From Basidiobolus meristosporus CBS 931.73 (lineage: Eukaryota; Fungi; Basidiobolomycota), in the NCBI GenBank assembly GCA_002104905.1, contig MCFE01000289.1, positions 38,849 to 102,848 of the forward strand: DNA of 64,000 nt. The letters run 5' to 3'. The position numbers were made by a program, and so were the translations under genes. Below, piece by piece: positions 23,971-36,818 of this stretch; within the stretch, counting starts at the first letter, position 1, and each line of letters starts with the position of its first letter. The notes under the pieces are model-generated. The model worked only from the letters and a program-made list of their open reading frames with translations. It was not told the origin of the DNA and made no database searches.

Positions 23971-24491
23971 TGTTATGAATAGACACAAGGCAGGAGGAAA
24001 AGCTAGGCATGGCAGGAAAGGACTTAGGTGTGGATCATCAAGGCAAGGCAGGATTCAAGGCAAGGCTGTTTATTCAAGACCTGTGTTTATCAGACTGAGG
24101 AATACTTAAGGGGGGATAGGACTATATATACTTTTTGGCTATACTGATGCCGAGAGATATTAGCTAATACTAATGAGGTTGTGGGGTGAGGCACAGCAAT
24201 GGTGCTGGGGATAATGACATAGATGACACGGCACTGAGACAGGATGGGGAAATGGATTGGGTCACCTGATCATGTGACTAAGTCATGTGACCTGGTATTT
24301 CCATATATGGTACTGGACTATGAAAAATATGATGGAAAGCTTCCATGGAATGTTCCATTGTGCAACAATGGTTTGGAATGGTCAGGAACTTTCCGGAAGG
24401 TGGTAGAAGGTTCCAGAAGGAATCTCTTAGAAATTGAGCTAGGAAGCTGAAACTTGGCATGGGTGTTCATGGTTGTCATGTGATCATGACA
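23971..24491. mobile_element. Solo LTR, family C (521 bp)
   Basis: TGTTATGA...TCATGACA termini; perfect 5-bp TSD CAACA; interrupts the transposase. Confidence 0.85.
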
Positions 24492-24602
24492 CAACATGCC
24501 TTTGCCTTGGCACTTGATGGATTCTCCAATAACAAGTACACCACCAGCAAATCCTGCTGGCCGCTGATTCTAATCAACCTGAATCTGCTGCCTATCTTAA
24601 GG

Positions 24603-26143
24603 TATAATGGTGTAGAGGTACTCCTGGGAGAAGCTACACAACTCAAGGTGTGTGAGATGTCTGATGGGTGCAATAACCTTTGCGTCCAAACTGCTGGTGT
24701 CTTTGTCAATATGTCACTACAGTAAAAGCTCCTACTTCTCTAGCTTCCTAGGGGCTCCAAGTGTCTCCAAAGGCCTCTGTGTATCTTGTGCACTACCCTG
24801 AAAAGCTCCTTGATAGCAGGTCTGAGATGTACTGTTGAAGGTAGCTGCAGTGATCAACTGCTAATCAATAAGGGAGAAGTGTTACTGATAGAAGGGATGA
24901 TTTATTGATGAGGGATTGCCTTGCCTTAAATACTTCTCCTGATTGCCAAGTGATTACTGATGACAAGGTTCTAAAAGATTCCAGGCATCAGTGGAATTCT
25001 TGATGACATCACTGTGAGCTAAGAATATTCCAAGAATGTCCTGGAAGGTTCTAAAAGGCACAGCACATCCAACCAATCAGGGATCAGTAGTCTGAAACCT
25101 GTGCAACATAGAGATAAGACTTGTTCCGCTGGATAGTGCCCCATTGAGCCATGAGTGCCAAATGATGCCATAGTGTGCCAGAGAGGCCATTTGAGCCTCT
25201 ACCTGGCCACAGAGTGTGAAACATAGCTCCGCATCTTCATGCAAAGCAGCCCTTGTGTTTCACCCATTGTGTTGGAGAAAATCCATTTTTTGACCTTTTT
25301 TTTTGGATCAATGTTGTGCAGGATGTATTAGAGCACAAGCAGATTGAAGATATGCATCTGGTACTCAATACCCATGGCACTCTGAATCTAGCTCCTGTAG
25401 CTTGTATCATGTCACAAAAATGAATGGCACTATCTTGGTCCACTGGTACTATCTGGCACTATATTTAAATATTAGCCCTAAAGTAAGATCTATACAAAGC
25501 ACTTATAGTGCCAGATAGTACCAGTGGACCAAGATAGTGCCATTCATTTTTGTGACATGATACAAGCTACAGGAGCTAGATTCAGAGTGCCATGGGTATT
25601 GAGTACCAGATGCATATCTTCAGTTCTCCTGTGCTCTTACACATCCTGAGCTACATTGATCCACAAAAAAAGGTCAAAAAATGGATTTTCTCCTATGCAA
25701 TGGGTGAAACACAGGGGCTGCTTTACATGAAGATGCAGAGCTATGTTTCACACTCTGTGGCCAAGTATAGGCTCATTTGACCTCTCTGGCACACTATGGC
25801 ATCATTTGGCACTCATGGCTCAATGTGGCACTATCCAACGGAACAAGTCTATACCATATATGGTATTTAAATGGTAAGGATAATAACACAGACTTAGGTC
25901 ATGTGTCAATAGTACTGACATGGGTACTTGCCTTATGTAGATACATATACTGATCACAAAGTTGAATAACATCCAGGATAACTAATGCTGATAACCAATC
26001 AGGGTAAACATCATATGGGGATAATACTAATAACATGGGTAAAAGAAGAATGGGATAATACTGATAAGATGAAAAATGGACAAGTCCATCATAATAGCTA
26101 TGTAAATAAACTTGTCTGTGGGAGGTATGTTTACCCTACCACA
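24603..26143. mobile_element. Solo LTR, family A (~804 bp plus nested foldback)
   Basis: Highly similar to 31866-32668; ends CCCTACCACA; TSD AAGG/ATGG where uninterrupted copy E reads ACGG. Confidence 0.8.
25117..25850. mobile_element. Foldback/MITE-like element with ~347-bp inverted arms and a ~40-bp spacer
   Basis: AGACTTGTTCCGCTGGATAGTGCC...GGCACTATCCAACGGAACAAGTCT; 3-bp TSD ATA; the empty site is seen in the sister LTRs at ~20970 and ~32375. Confidence 0.9.
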
Positions 26144-29100
26144 ATGGTATCAGAGCAAAAATCTGATGGTAGACTCACTGGTATCTGGGCCTAAATCACC
26201 ATACAACCTGGACAGCTACCTGTATCCATTGCTGGATGAATTATGTATGCTTTCCAGTGGGATAACAGTAAATGGCTGCATATGTCAAAGTGTATATTAT
26301 TATCTGCATTGGAGATACCCCACCCATCAGCAAGATAGCTGGCTTTTCAGGGCACAATGGATGATATTGCTGCTGAATGTTTTAGATCCAGGGGACTTAC
26401 TCCATTACTCACTTGCATTATTGTTACCCAAACACTAACACCAAGAACATCATCTTCCTGCAGAGAGAACATACAGAAGTCAGCATTCAACTGCTGCAAA
26501 GTTGGCAAGCTATAAGCCATTGGCAGAAATTTGGAACTAATTGAAAGCCAGAGATACTCAAGATAGAGTGCACTGTTGCAGCAAAACCTTTCCACTGGGA
26601 GTAACCCATTTGCTTTTCAACAATAGCCCTATATTGATGACCAGGTTGTATATGTGGCATTTCAAGCTGAATGCACCCTTTGAGATACCACAGAAATTTG
26701 AAATAATTAGCAATTTATTATACAGTATCTGCTACCCTGAGTACTTCTCACAGGTTCCAATCAGCATTCATATGCATATGCAACAATACAAGTGCAAGGA
26801 CTCAATGTACTGGATATTTATTTATTCAAGTGGCCTTCTGAAGCCATTTCTGCCAGGAGTACATTGGAAGCATTGGGAGTCATATGTGGACATTGTAGGG
26901 ATGTTTATCCAAAAGTGGATCACCAATGCCAACTTGACTCATTTACAGCTTATATGCAAGGAGTTTGTGATGGAATTTGGGTGGCTACACTACAAGCATA
27001 AAGCTGAATGCATAGATCCCTGCCATTACTGTATCCATTCTCTACTCCATTTTGCTTGGTGTGATGGAATATTGGACCTTGCTTCACCTTCTGGAAGTTT
27101 CCTATGGAGTGAATGTGTGGGGTGATAGGAAGGCAAGTCAAGTACCAGGTACTACCATATCCCAATCTCATCAAAAATATTACCTACAAGTCTCTCATGG
27201 ATGTAATGAGTTGGCACATGGAGGACAGCCAGGAAGAGTTGGAAAATGCTAAGGACAGATGTGCACATGGAGACACCTATGCCTATGGCATTGAGAAGCC
27301 AAGCAGCCTCAATGCATGGGTAATCAGTCAAGTAATGCAAAGTTGGGTTGGGTGCAACAAGCACTAACTTTCATTTGGAAAACTCTGCCAAGGTATGTCC
27401 AATTTCTCTTGGTTAAAGCCTATTTCCACACCATTGAATACAAAATTCACACAAACAAGAGCCAGAGCACGCCTATAAGGGGACTAGAGTCTAGCAGGGA
27501 GAAGAAATATATTGGCTAAATACCAAGAGGTTCTTTGCGGATATTCAGTGGGTATTCATGGCCAAAGTGGCAGCAACCAAGCATATGTTTGCAAGATGTA
27601 TAGGTTATCAGCAGTACAAGGTATATGATAATTTTGCTTGTATCACACTAAAAAGCTGTAAAGTTGAGGTAATAGAAGTATGTCAGTTGCAGCAGGTGTG
27701 CACATTTGTAGAAGTTAGTTAGCAGGAGGCCATAGTATTTTTTGATTTAATCTATATGTGGAATACCCAAGGTAGTAGTGGGTAAGCAAATAATGTGAGG
27801 ATGTCCAACAGCAGAATATATGTGTTGCATAAGGGAAGGTGGAAAAGGAAGTACCATTTGGTAAGTTGGTATGGTGGCATTATACATAACTAGCTGTAGG
27901 CTGCCTTACTGCATGAAAATGCCATCAGTGGCTTGCAATGGGGCCATCAAAACACTGTCATATTTTTTGCTATATCAGATAATTGGATATACTGGCTGGT
28001 TATATCCACTCAAATAGTTATAGAGCGCACCAAGACTGCAACAATGCCATGTCATCTTTGGCAAAACACTGCCTCAACACTGTTATGTTTTTAACTTTAT
28101 TTGGTGGTAAAATGCTATAGTGATCTCTTCTTAGGATTGTGTAGATGGTCATGAATTCCAAGCTGCTGGTATTGTAACAGCTTCATGACAGGATCTTTAC
28201 AGCTAATTGGGATTCAATTCACCACAGGACAAATATGTTTTTCATAGGGACTTCTCATACGCAAATTGGTTTATTTCAATTGGATCATGAGTAGTAGCTC
28301 ATTTGTAGAGAGAACAAACCCATACAGGTCCCTATGCCCAATACTAGGATCAACCCAACCTCACACTCAACAAGTAACTCCATTGAAATTTACCATTCAC
28401 TAAGTGTGTTGGCCATAATGCTCTTTGCCCATGACTTAGCAGGAATCCTGGGCCTTTATGCCATTGTTTATTCACTAGTTTTTACATGTGCTGGTTTTCT
28501 GCTGGCACTGGAAGGTCTAACACCTCTTCTGCCAGTCTTTGAAATGAATTTTTTCAAAATTCAGATGTGTATTGCTGAGCACTGCTCCTGCAGAAGTACT
28601 GCAACCTCTTGTGTGCACATTACTGTTCCAAAATTTCACTAATGGTGTTGTGCCAATCACTTGATTTCCTGATGTTGCTAATTTGCTTGTCAGTAGATTC
28701 TCCAACCTGTCTACAGTGAAGCACATGGTAGCTGTGGTAGACAACTTGCCTCTCTCTGAAAGCTCATCTACATCACTTCAGCACAGCTCAGCTGAACACA
28801 AAGTAGATCTTTGATGTGAATGATATGCAACTGCTTACACATGCAGGTATTAGGACAGTCTTAGGGTAATATTTGCCAGCTATATGACAGTTGTCCATCA
28901 ATACCTTGTACATGATAGGCAGCATCCTGGTATGACTTTTGCTAGAAGTAGCAGTAAGTCCTCAAAGCCCCCATTACTGATACTATTGGAGAAATGGCAC
29001 TTCTTTAGCTGCATCATCACATCCCCTATGAAGAATAATTTGGCCTGCAGGTGGATCCAATCCAGATCAGCCATCAGGATCCCATTTGGAGACTCTATAA

Positions 29101-30226
29101 TACCAGCAGCTTGGAGTTGGTATTATCCAATTGCCTTATATGGCAAAAAACTAGACAGTGTTTTGACAGCCTCTTTGCAAGCCTCTGATGGCATTATCAC
29201 AGCATTATGACAGCCTACAGTCAGTCCTGATTAATGCTACTGTACCAATTTACCATATGGTATTTCCTTTTTCTACCTCCCCGTGTGCAATTCACATATT
29301 CCACTGTAGGACAACCTCACATTATTTGCTTACCTACTGCTACCTTGGGTATTCCACATATAGTTCAAATCAAAAAATACTATGGCCTCCTGCTAACTAA
29401 CTTCTACAAATGTGCACACCTGCTGCAACTGACATACTTCCTGATAAAAATTAGTTGCTTGTTGCACCTGACTCAATTTTGCATTACTTAACTGATTACA
29501 CATGCATTGGGGCTGCTTAGTTTCTCAATGCCATAGGCATAGGTGTCTCCATGTGCACATCTGTCCTTAATATTTTCCAACTCCTCCTGGCTGTCCTCCA
29601 TGTCCAACTCATCACAACCATCACGGACTTGAAGGTAATATTTTTGATGAGATTGGGATAAGGTAGTACCTGCTACTTGACTTGTTGTTCTATATTCCCA
29701 CATATCCGCTCCATAGGAAGTTCCCAAATGGTGAAGCAAGGCCCACTATTTTCCGCACACCAAGCAAGATGAGGTAGAGAATGGATACAGTAGAAGCATA
29801 GATCTACACATTCAGCTTTATGCTTGTAGTATAGCCACTCAAATCCCATTACAAAATCCTTGCACAACAGCTGAAGGTGTGTCAAGTTGGCATTGGTGAT
29901 CTGCTTCTGGATAAATATTCCTACAGTGCCCACATATGACTCCCAATGATTCCAATGTACTCATGGTAAGAATGGCTTCTAGATGCTACTTGAATTAATA
30001 TATTTTCAGTACATCCAGTCTTTGCATTTGTATTGCTGCATATGCATATGAATACTGATTGTAGCCTGTGAGAAGTACTTAGGGTAGTGGATACTTTGTG
30101 ATATCTTGTCAATTCTTTCAAACTTCTCCGGTATCTTGATTGGCTCATTTAGCTTGAAATTCCCCATGTACAACTTAGTCCTCAGCATAGGGATAGTGTT
30201 GAAATGCAAATACATTGCTCCTTGTC

Positions 30227-33200
30227 CCCATAATAGATTATTGAGATGATCCCATCAAAAGGCCATCACAAAGTTATAGTCCCATAACTAAGTGGTACAG
30301 ATCCCATCAGGACACCATCCAGACACCATCAAAAAATGATTGCACCCCAGATTTCACATGAAACTTAGTCAAGATTTCTTGTCACAACAATATACAAGTG
30401 GCTGTTGATTAGTTCCCTGCCAATTTGATCACTTTCTGATCCCAGACACTCTATTGCCTCCTACATTTGTGTGCATTGATTGGCTATTACCACTTTTTCA
30501 CACTCCTTACTTCCTGACTCAACCATTCCTCTCACTTTTCATGTGTACAAATTGATCTATTTCCATTGAAACTTCAGTTGTGCCTCAATTGCTAGTTGTA
30601 TTGACCTATGCAAGTCCCTATATCTTGCACTAACATTAAGCCCAACCCCACACTCAATAATTAACTCCATTAAACTCTACCACTCAATAAGTATTTCTGC
30701 TGTAATGCTCTGGTTCTATGACTTTGGTGGGAACCCCATGGCTTTATGCCACTGTTCATTTACTGGTTCCCACATGTCCTGGTCTTCAGTTGGCACTGCA
30801 AGGTCTATCACCTCATCTGCCAGCCTTTGCAATAAATCCTTGCAATATTCCAGTGCGTTTTCTTGAGCACTGCTCTTGAAGAAGTGCTGCAACCTCTTGG
30901 TGTGCCTATTGATATTCCAAAACTCCACTGAAGGCATTGTGATAGTCCTTTGAGCTCTTGGCATTGTAGCCTTGTCTGTCAGTGGCATCTCCACTCTGTC
31001 AACAATGGAGGATGTGGAGGCTGTGGTAGACAAATTGCCTTTTTCAGCAAACTCATCTACCTTGCTGGAGTGTAGCTCAACTAGCTGCGCTTCCAACTCT
31101 TGTGAAAACAGCTGTTTTCTTTTTGGTAATCCATCTTAGCTTTGATGGGATTCAGTCTGTCCCTGGCTTGTAGCATTAATTGGCAAGAACTGCGGCTTTT
31201 TTGCATGCCTCCCTGTCTGAGGCTTGGGTAGACATTTTTCCCTTTACCTTTTCCTTTATCACTGCCAGGTCTTTTACTGCTACTTTGTCTGAGTACTTTT
31301 TGTAAAGAACTCTGTTTTCTCCTTGATAAATTCTGCTCTGATGCATCTGTTTTGGTCTGCTTGTCCCTTACTGGCACTCTTCTGGCAACCTGACATTTCT
31401 TTTTCACTTGTTTTGAGCTCTCAGTCATAGTTGTGACAGGCTCCTGTAAAAGTAGCTGATTTTTATAACTGCCAGGTCCTCCACTGCTACTTTGACTGAG
31501 TGCTTCTTGAGCAGTACAATGCCTTTTGCTTGATAAATGTTGTGCTGATGCATCTGTGTCTGCCTGCTTGTCACTAATTGGCACTCTTCCAGCTATATGA
31601 TCTCTCTTTGTGCTTGCCTGGAGCTTTTGGCCCTGCTTGTAATAGGCTCTTGAGGAAGCTGCTGGTTTTAGCCATGAAGCCCTTGTTCTCCCACCTTTGA
31701 TAGATTTTGATATTCTAAAGAAACTTTCTTAGCATACCAATACTAGCCCAAAATCTGTTTGCCTGTATGAGTTCACAATAATGCTCATGGAACAAGTCAG
31801 GCGCGTTCTGCTTGGCCTTGAGCTCCTGATGCTCTCATGGTATGCAGGCCTTAAGGTGATGGTGTTGTGGAAGTGTAAAGGCACTCCTGGGAGAAGCTAC
31901 ACAACTAAAGGTTTGTGAGGTGTCTGATAGGTGCAATAACCTCTGGGTCCAAACTGTTGGTGTCTTTGTCAATACAACACTACAGTAGAAGATCCTGCTT
32001 CTGTAGCTTCCTAGGTGCTTCAAGTGTCTCCAAAGGCCTCTGTGCATCCTGTGCACTACCCTGAAAAGCTCCTTGATGGCAGGTCTGAGATGTACTGTTG
32101 AAGGTAGCTGCAGTGATCAACTACTAATCAATAAGGGAGAAGTGTTACTGATAGAAGGGATGATTTATTGATGAGGGATTGCCTCACCTTAAATAGATTT
32201 CCTGATTGCCAAGTGATTACTACAACAAGATTCTAGAGGATTCTAGGCATCAGTGGATTTCTTGATGATATCACTATGAGCTAAGAATATGCCAAGAATA
32301 TCCTGGAAGGTTCTAAGAAGCACAGCACATCCAACCAATCAGGGATCAGTAGTCTGAAACCTGTGCAACATGGAAATACCATATATGGTATTGAAATGAT
32401 AGGGATGGTAACAAAGAATTAGGTTATGTGTCATGGGTACTGACATGGGTACTTGCCTTATGTAGATACATATACTGATCACAAAGTTGAATAACATCCA
32501 GGATAACTAATGCTGATAACCAATCAGGGTAAACATCATATGGGGATAATACTAATAACATGGGTAAAAGAAGAATGGGATAATACTGATGAGTGAAAAT
32601 ATGGATAAGTATATCATAATGGCTATATGAATAAACTTGTCTGTGGGAGGTATGTTTACCCTACCACAGCATGCTAGACTTCTGACAGACTCTTGTGAAG
32701 TAGCCCACTCTTCATTACTGCACCTAATGGCTTCACAGATCCTCAGCGTCTTTTGATTTTTAGGCTTTGGTATAAACACCACATTGTCTCCCTCCCACAC
32801 TGTGATAGGTTTTTCTGTGGGCTTTATCTTTATGTGCTCTTGTTGTGCTTCAAAGACTGTACAGCTTTCCACTGCTGTTACATTTGGGAAATGGCTCAAT
32901 TCTTAGCAGTGACATTGAGCTACTTGAGTTCCTTCTTTGCAGAAAAGATACTGCTTTCTCTACCTGGGATATTGATTGCTCTACACGTATTATCCGCTCA
33001 TCCTGTTTCTGGACTACTTCCTGATTTCTCTGGGCCATTGCATCTATCCTATCAGCCACTGCACCTAATTGCTTCAACAATGCTTTGGTATGAGCTGACA
33101 ACATACTTGCTAATATGGGTGGGGGTTATGTTATCATGGCCACTTGCTGGTCTTCAACTGAAAGTGCCATGTTTGCTACATTCTCATCTGCCTGAGCATA

Positions 33201-36200
33201 ACGGTCAGCTTGTGGCTCTGCCAAGGTTCTCAATTGCCTACTAGACTGAGAGCCTGAGGAGTCTACAGTATTACCTTCAATGGGGACACTGTACACTGGG
33301 CCTTTTTTGGATGTAGCCCTGCTTGTTGCACTGAATGTCAAAGCAAGCTGTTGTCCAACCATTCTTCTGCTGCCATCAGTAGTAGGGCTTGGTTGGGAAC
33401 CAGACAACTTTGCTTTATTTTCTGGAGACATATATATGGAAGTGAGTCAAACCAAAGAGGAAATGGTATTGCATATACATGTGTATATGGTGCCACAACT
33501 TTAATTATAATGCTTACTATGGCAGGTCATCATTGAATCTTACATTCATGTTGGCGCAATGTCTCAAAGACAAGACTGTCTTAAGTCCACATGCGTATTA
33601 ACCAACAAGTGATAAAATAGCATTACATTGTGGAAGGTCAAACTGTTTGCCCCATGGACAAGACTACTTTGACTTAATGCCATAAGAGAAGAGAAAGAAG
33701 ACCATGTGGCTATTGTGGCAAGCCTCTCAGCCATGAAGCATGCAGACAGCATAGGAAGTATTACTGGGATCATGGCCAGTGTTTTGTCACACAAGTCAGA
33801 TTTGACCAGATGTTGGTCACTACTGTAACAACATTATCTTGCTGGCCAGTTGATACTACTATATCAGCACCTGGCCATCTTTGTCACCTTGCACAAACTG
33901 AGGCAGGTGAGTTTGTGATGCCTTTAGGCTCACCTCAGCCTTCTGAATATGGCATATAGAGTGATAGCTCTGATAAAGATGGTTCACTGAAGGATTTTGA
34001 GCCTATCTCCCCTAACAACAGAACAATGTATGAGCACAGTCAAATCTCTATATGTAATGAAACAACAGGTATTGAAACAAATCCCAAGGATACTTTATGG
34101 AGCCAAGTGAGCCCACTAATCCATCTACAGGTGAATGATGTAATGTTGTGGCTAGAGAAGTGGCATGTTTCCACTAATATCAGTAATGGGGGCTTTGAGG
34201 ATTTATTACTACTTCTTGCCAAAATTATACCAGGATGCAACTTACCATGTAAATGGTACAAGTGGACAACCATCATGCAGCTGGCAGCATATGATCCAGA
34301 GACTGTCCTTATTCTAGCATGTGTTAGCAGCTCCATGGCATTTACGTCCAAAAATGCTATCATTACAATGTGTCCAAATTGTCAGGAATCCACCACCACT
34401 GAGGGAAAACATCATTCACACTATGGATATATTCCAGTCATACCCTGTCTGAGGAAGCTGATGTAGTCCAACAAATATTGCAAAGCTATACAGTACCACA
34501 CTCAGTATCAATCAAGTGCAAACATATCCAATATATATTTAATGGCAAACATTACAAACAGCTAAGAAGCAAGGGCTACTTTGAAGGTATGTAAGACCAT
34601 GCCTTTGCTTTTGCACTTGATGGATTCTCATTAAACAAGTACTCTGCCAGTAAATCCTGATGGCCACTGATGCTCCTCAATTTGAAACTGCTGCCCATCT
34701 TATAGTATCAAAGCAATAATATAATGGTATTCTCTCAGGTATCTAGGCCTAAATCACCATCCAACCTGGACAGCTACCTGTATCCATTGCTGAATAAATT
34801 TTGTATGCTTTCCAGTGGATAACAGTAAGTGGTTGTCTTGTAAAAGCACATATTATTACGAGCATTGGAGACACCCAGCCATCAGCAAAATAGCAGGTTT
34901 TCTGGACACAATGGATGGTATTGCTATTGAATATGTGAGATCCAGGGAACTTACTCCATGACTCACACACATTATTATTACCCAAACACAAGCACTGAGA
35001 ACATCATCTTTCCACAGAGAGAAGGTACAGAAGTCAGCATGCAGTTGCAGCAAAGTTGGCTAGCTATAAGCCATTGGCTGTAATATGGAATTGATTGCAA
35101 ATCAGAGATATTCAAGATAGAGGGTATCTGTTGGAACAAAAGCTACTCACTTGGAGCAATGCATTTGCTTTTCAACAATATCCCTAAACTGATGACCAAG
35201 TTGTACATGGGGCATTTCAAGCTAAATGAGCCCTTTGAGATACCAGAGGAATTTGAAAGAATTGGCAAGATATTACAGAGTATCCACTACCCTAAGTACT
35301 TCTCACAGGCTCTAATCAATATTCATACGCGTATGCAACAATACAAGTGCAAAGACTGGATGAACTGGATATGTGTTTATTCAAGTGGCACTCAGAAGCT
35401 ACTCCCACCAAGTGTACATTGGAAGCATTGGGAGTCATATGTGGACATTGTAGGAATATTTATTCAGAAGCTGATCACCAATGCCAACTTGATGCATCTG
35501 CAGCCTTTGTGTGAAGAATTTGTGATGGATCTGAGTGACTATGCTACATACATAAAGCTGAACATGTAGATCTCTGCTGCTACTGTATCCATTCTCTACT
35601 CCATCTTGCACAGTATGTGGAGAATATTGGGCCTTGCTTCACCTTCTGGGAGTTTCATATGGAGCAGATGTATGGGGAGATAGGAAGACAAGTCAATTTA
35701 CAGGTACTACCATATCCCAATCTCATCAAGAATACTGCATTCATGTTTGTCATAGATGTGATGAGTTGACACATGGAGGACAGCTAGAAAGAGTTGGAAA
35801 ATACTGAGGACAAATGTACACCTGGAGACACCTATGCCTAGGGCATTGAAAAGCCAAGCAGCCCCAATCCATGGGTAATCAGTTAAGAAATGCAAAGTTG
35901 GGTTGGGTGCAACAAGCAACTAATTTTTATCTGGAAAACTCTACCAAGTTATGTTGGATTTCTCATGGTCACAAGCCAACTTCTACACCATTCAATACAG
36001 ACTTCACATAAATAAAAGCCAGAGCACACCAATAAGGGGGACTAGAATCCAGTAGGGAGAAGGAATATATTGGCTAAATACCAAGAAGATCTTTGCAGAT
36101 ATTCAGGATAATCTCATGGCAGAAGTGGCAACAACCAAGCATTTGCTTGCAAGATGTGTATGTTACCAGCAGTACAATGTATATGGCAACTTTGCAAGTA

Positions 36201-36818
36201 TCACGCTAAAAAGCTGTAAAGTTGAGGAGATAGAAGTATGTCAATTGTGGCAGGTGTGCACATCTGTGGAGGTTAGTAAGCAGGAGACCATAGTTGTTTT
36301 GATTCAAACTTTATGTGGAATACCCAAGGTAGTAGTGCGTAAGCAAATAAGGAGGGGTGATTCTGCAGTAGAATATGTGAATTGCACAAGGGGAGGTAGA
36401 AAAAGGAAATACCATTTGGTAATTGGTATAGTAGCATCATATAGAACCAGCAGTAAACCATCATACTGCCAATCTAATGCCATCAGAGTCTTGCAGTGAG
36501 GCCTTCAAAATACTGTCAGGTATTTTTCCATATAAGGCAATTGGATGTCCTGGCCAGTTGGATCCACTTGGAACAGTTATAGAGTGCTAAAAGACCGCAA
36601 CAATACCATGCAAATATTCTCACAGCATCAATAAATTATTGTTAAGTTTTATCCCTTTATTTGGTTGTAAAATTAGCAAAATACTATCATGATCCCATCA
36701 TAAGATTGTTAGAAGGATCACTGATTCCAAGCTGCTAGTATTGTGATGGTCTCTAAACAGGATCCTGAAGGATGATCTGGATTGGATCCACCTGTGGGAC
36801 CATTTTATTCTTTATGGG
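30227..36818 (+). mobile_element. CACTA-like element copy D, full length, with one nested solo LTR
   Basis: CCCATAA...TTATGGG termini; accessory gene (-) ~30670-33431; transposase (+) ~33654-36500 with LALDGF, LNL.P, GDTPA, MHLLFNN and HSLLHL motifs but many stops. Confidence 0.85.
31866..32668. mobile_element. Solo LTR, family A (803 bp)
   Basis: TGTGGAAG...CTACCACA; flanks GTGT/GCAT; host accessory gene resumes. Confidence 0.8.

Larger units (their letters stand above)
19332..28249 (+). mobile_element. CACTA-like (CMC-EnSpm) element copy B, full length, with three nested solo LTRs and a foldback
   Basis: Left CCCTATGAGAAATTATTG, right TTTTTCATAGGG; accessory gene (-) ~19750-22807; degenerate transposase (+) ~23030-27900; about 5.8 kb after removing inserts, like copies D and E. 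Confidence 0.85.

Noticed and set aside
25117-25850. Possible structured ncRNA gene or assembly-induced palindrome
   Set aside because: The arms carry independent mismatches, a TSD is present, the empty site is visible in sister LTRs and a second diverged copy exists, all pointing to a mobile element
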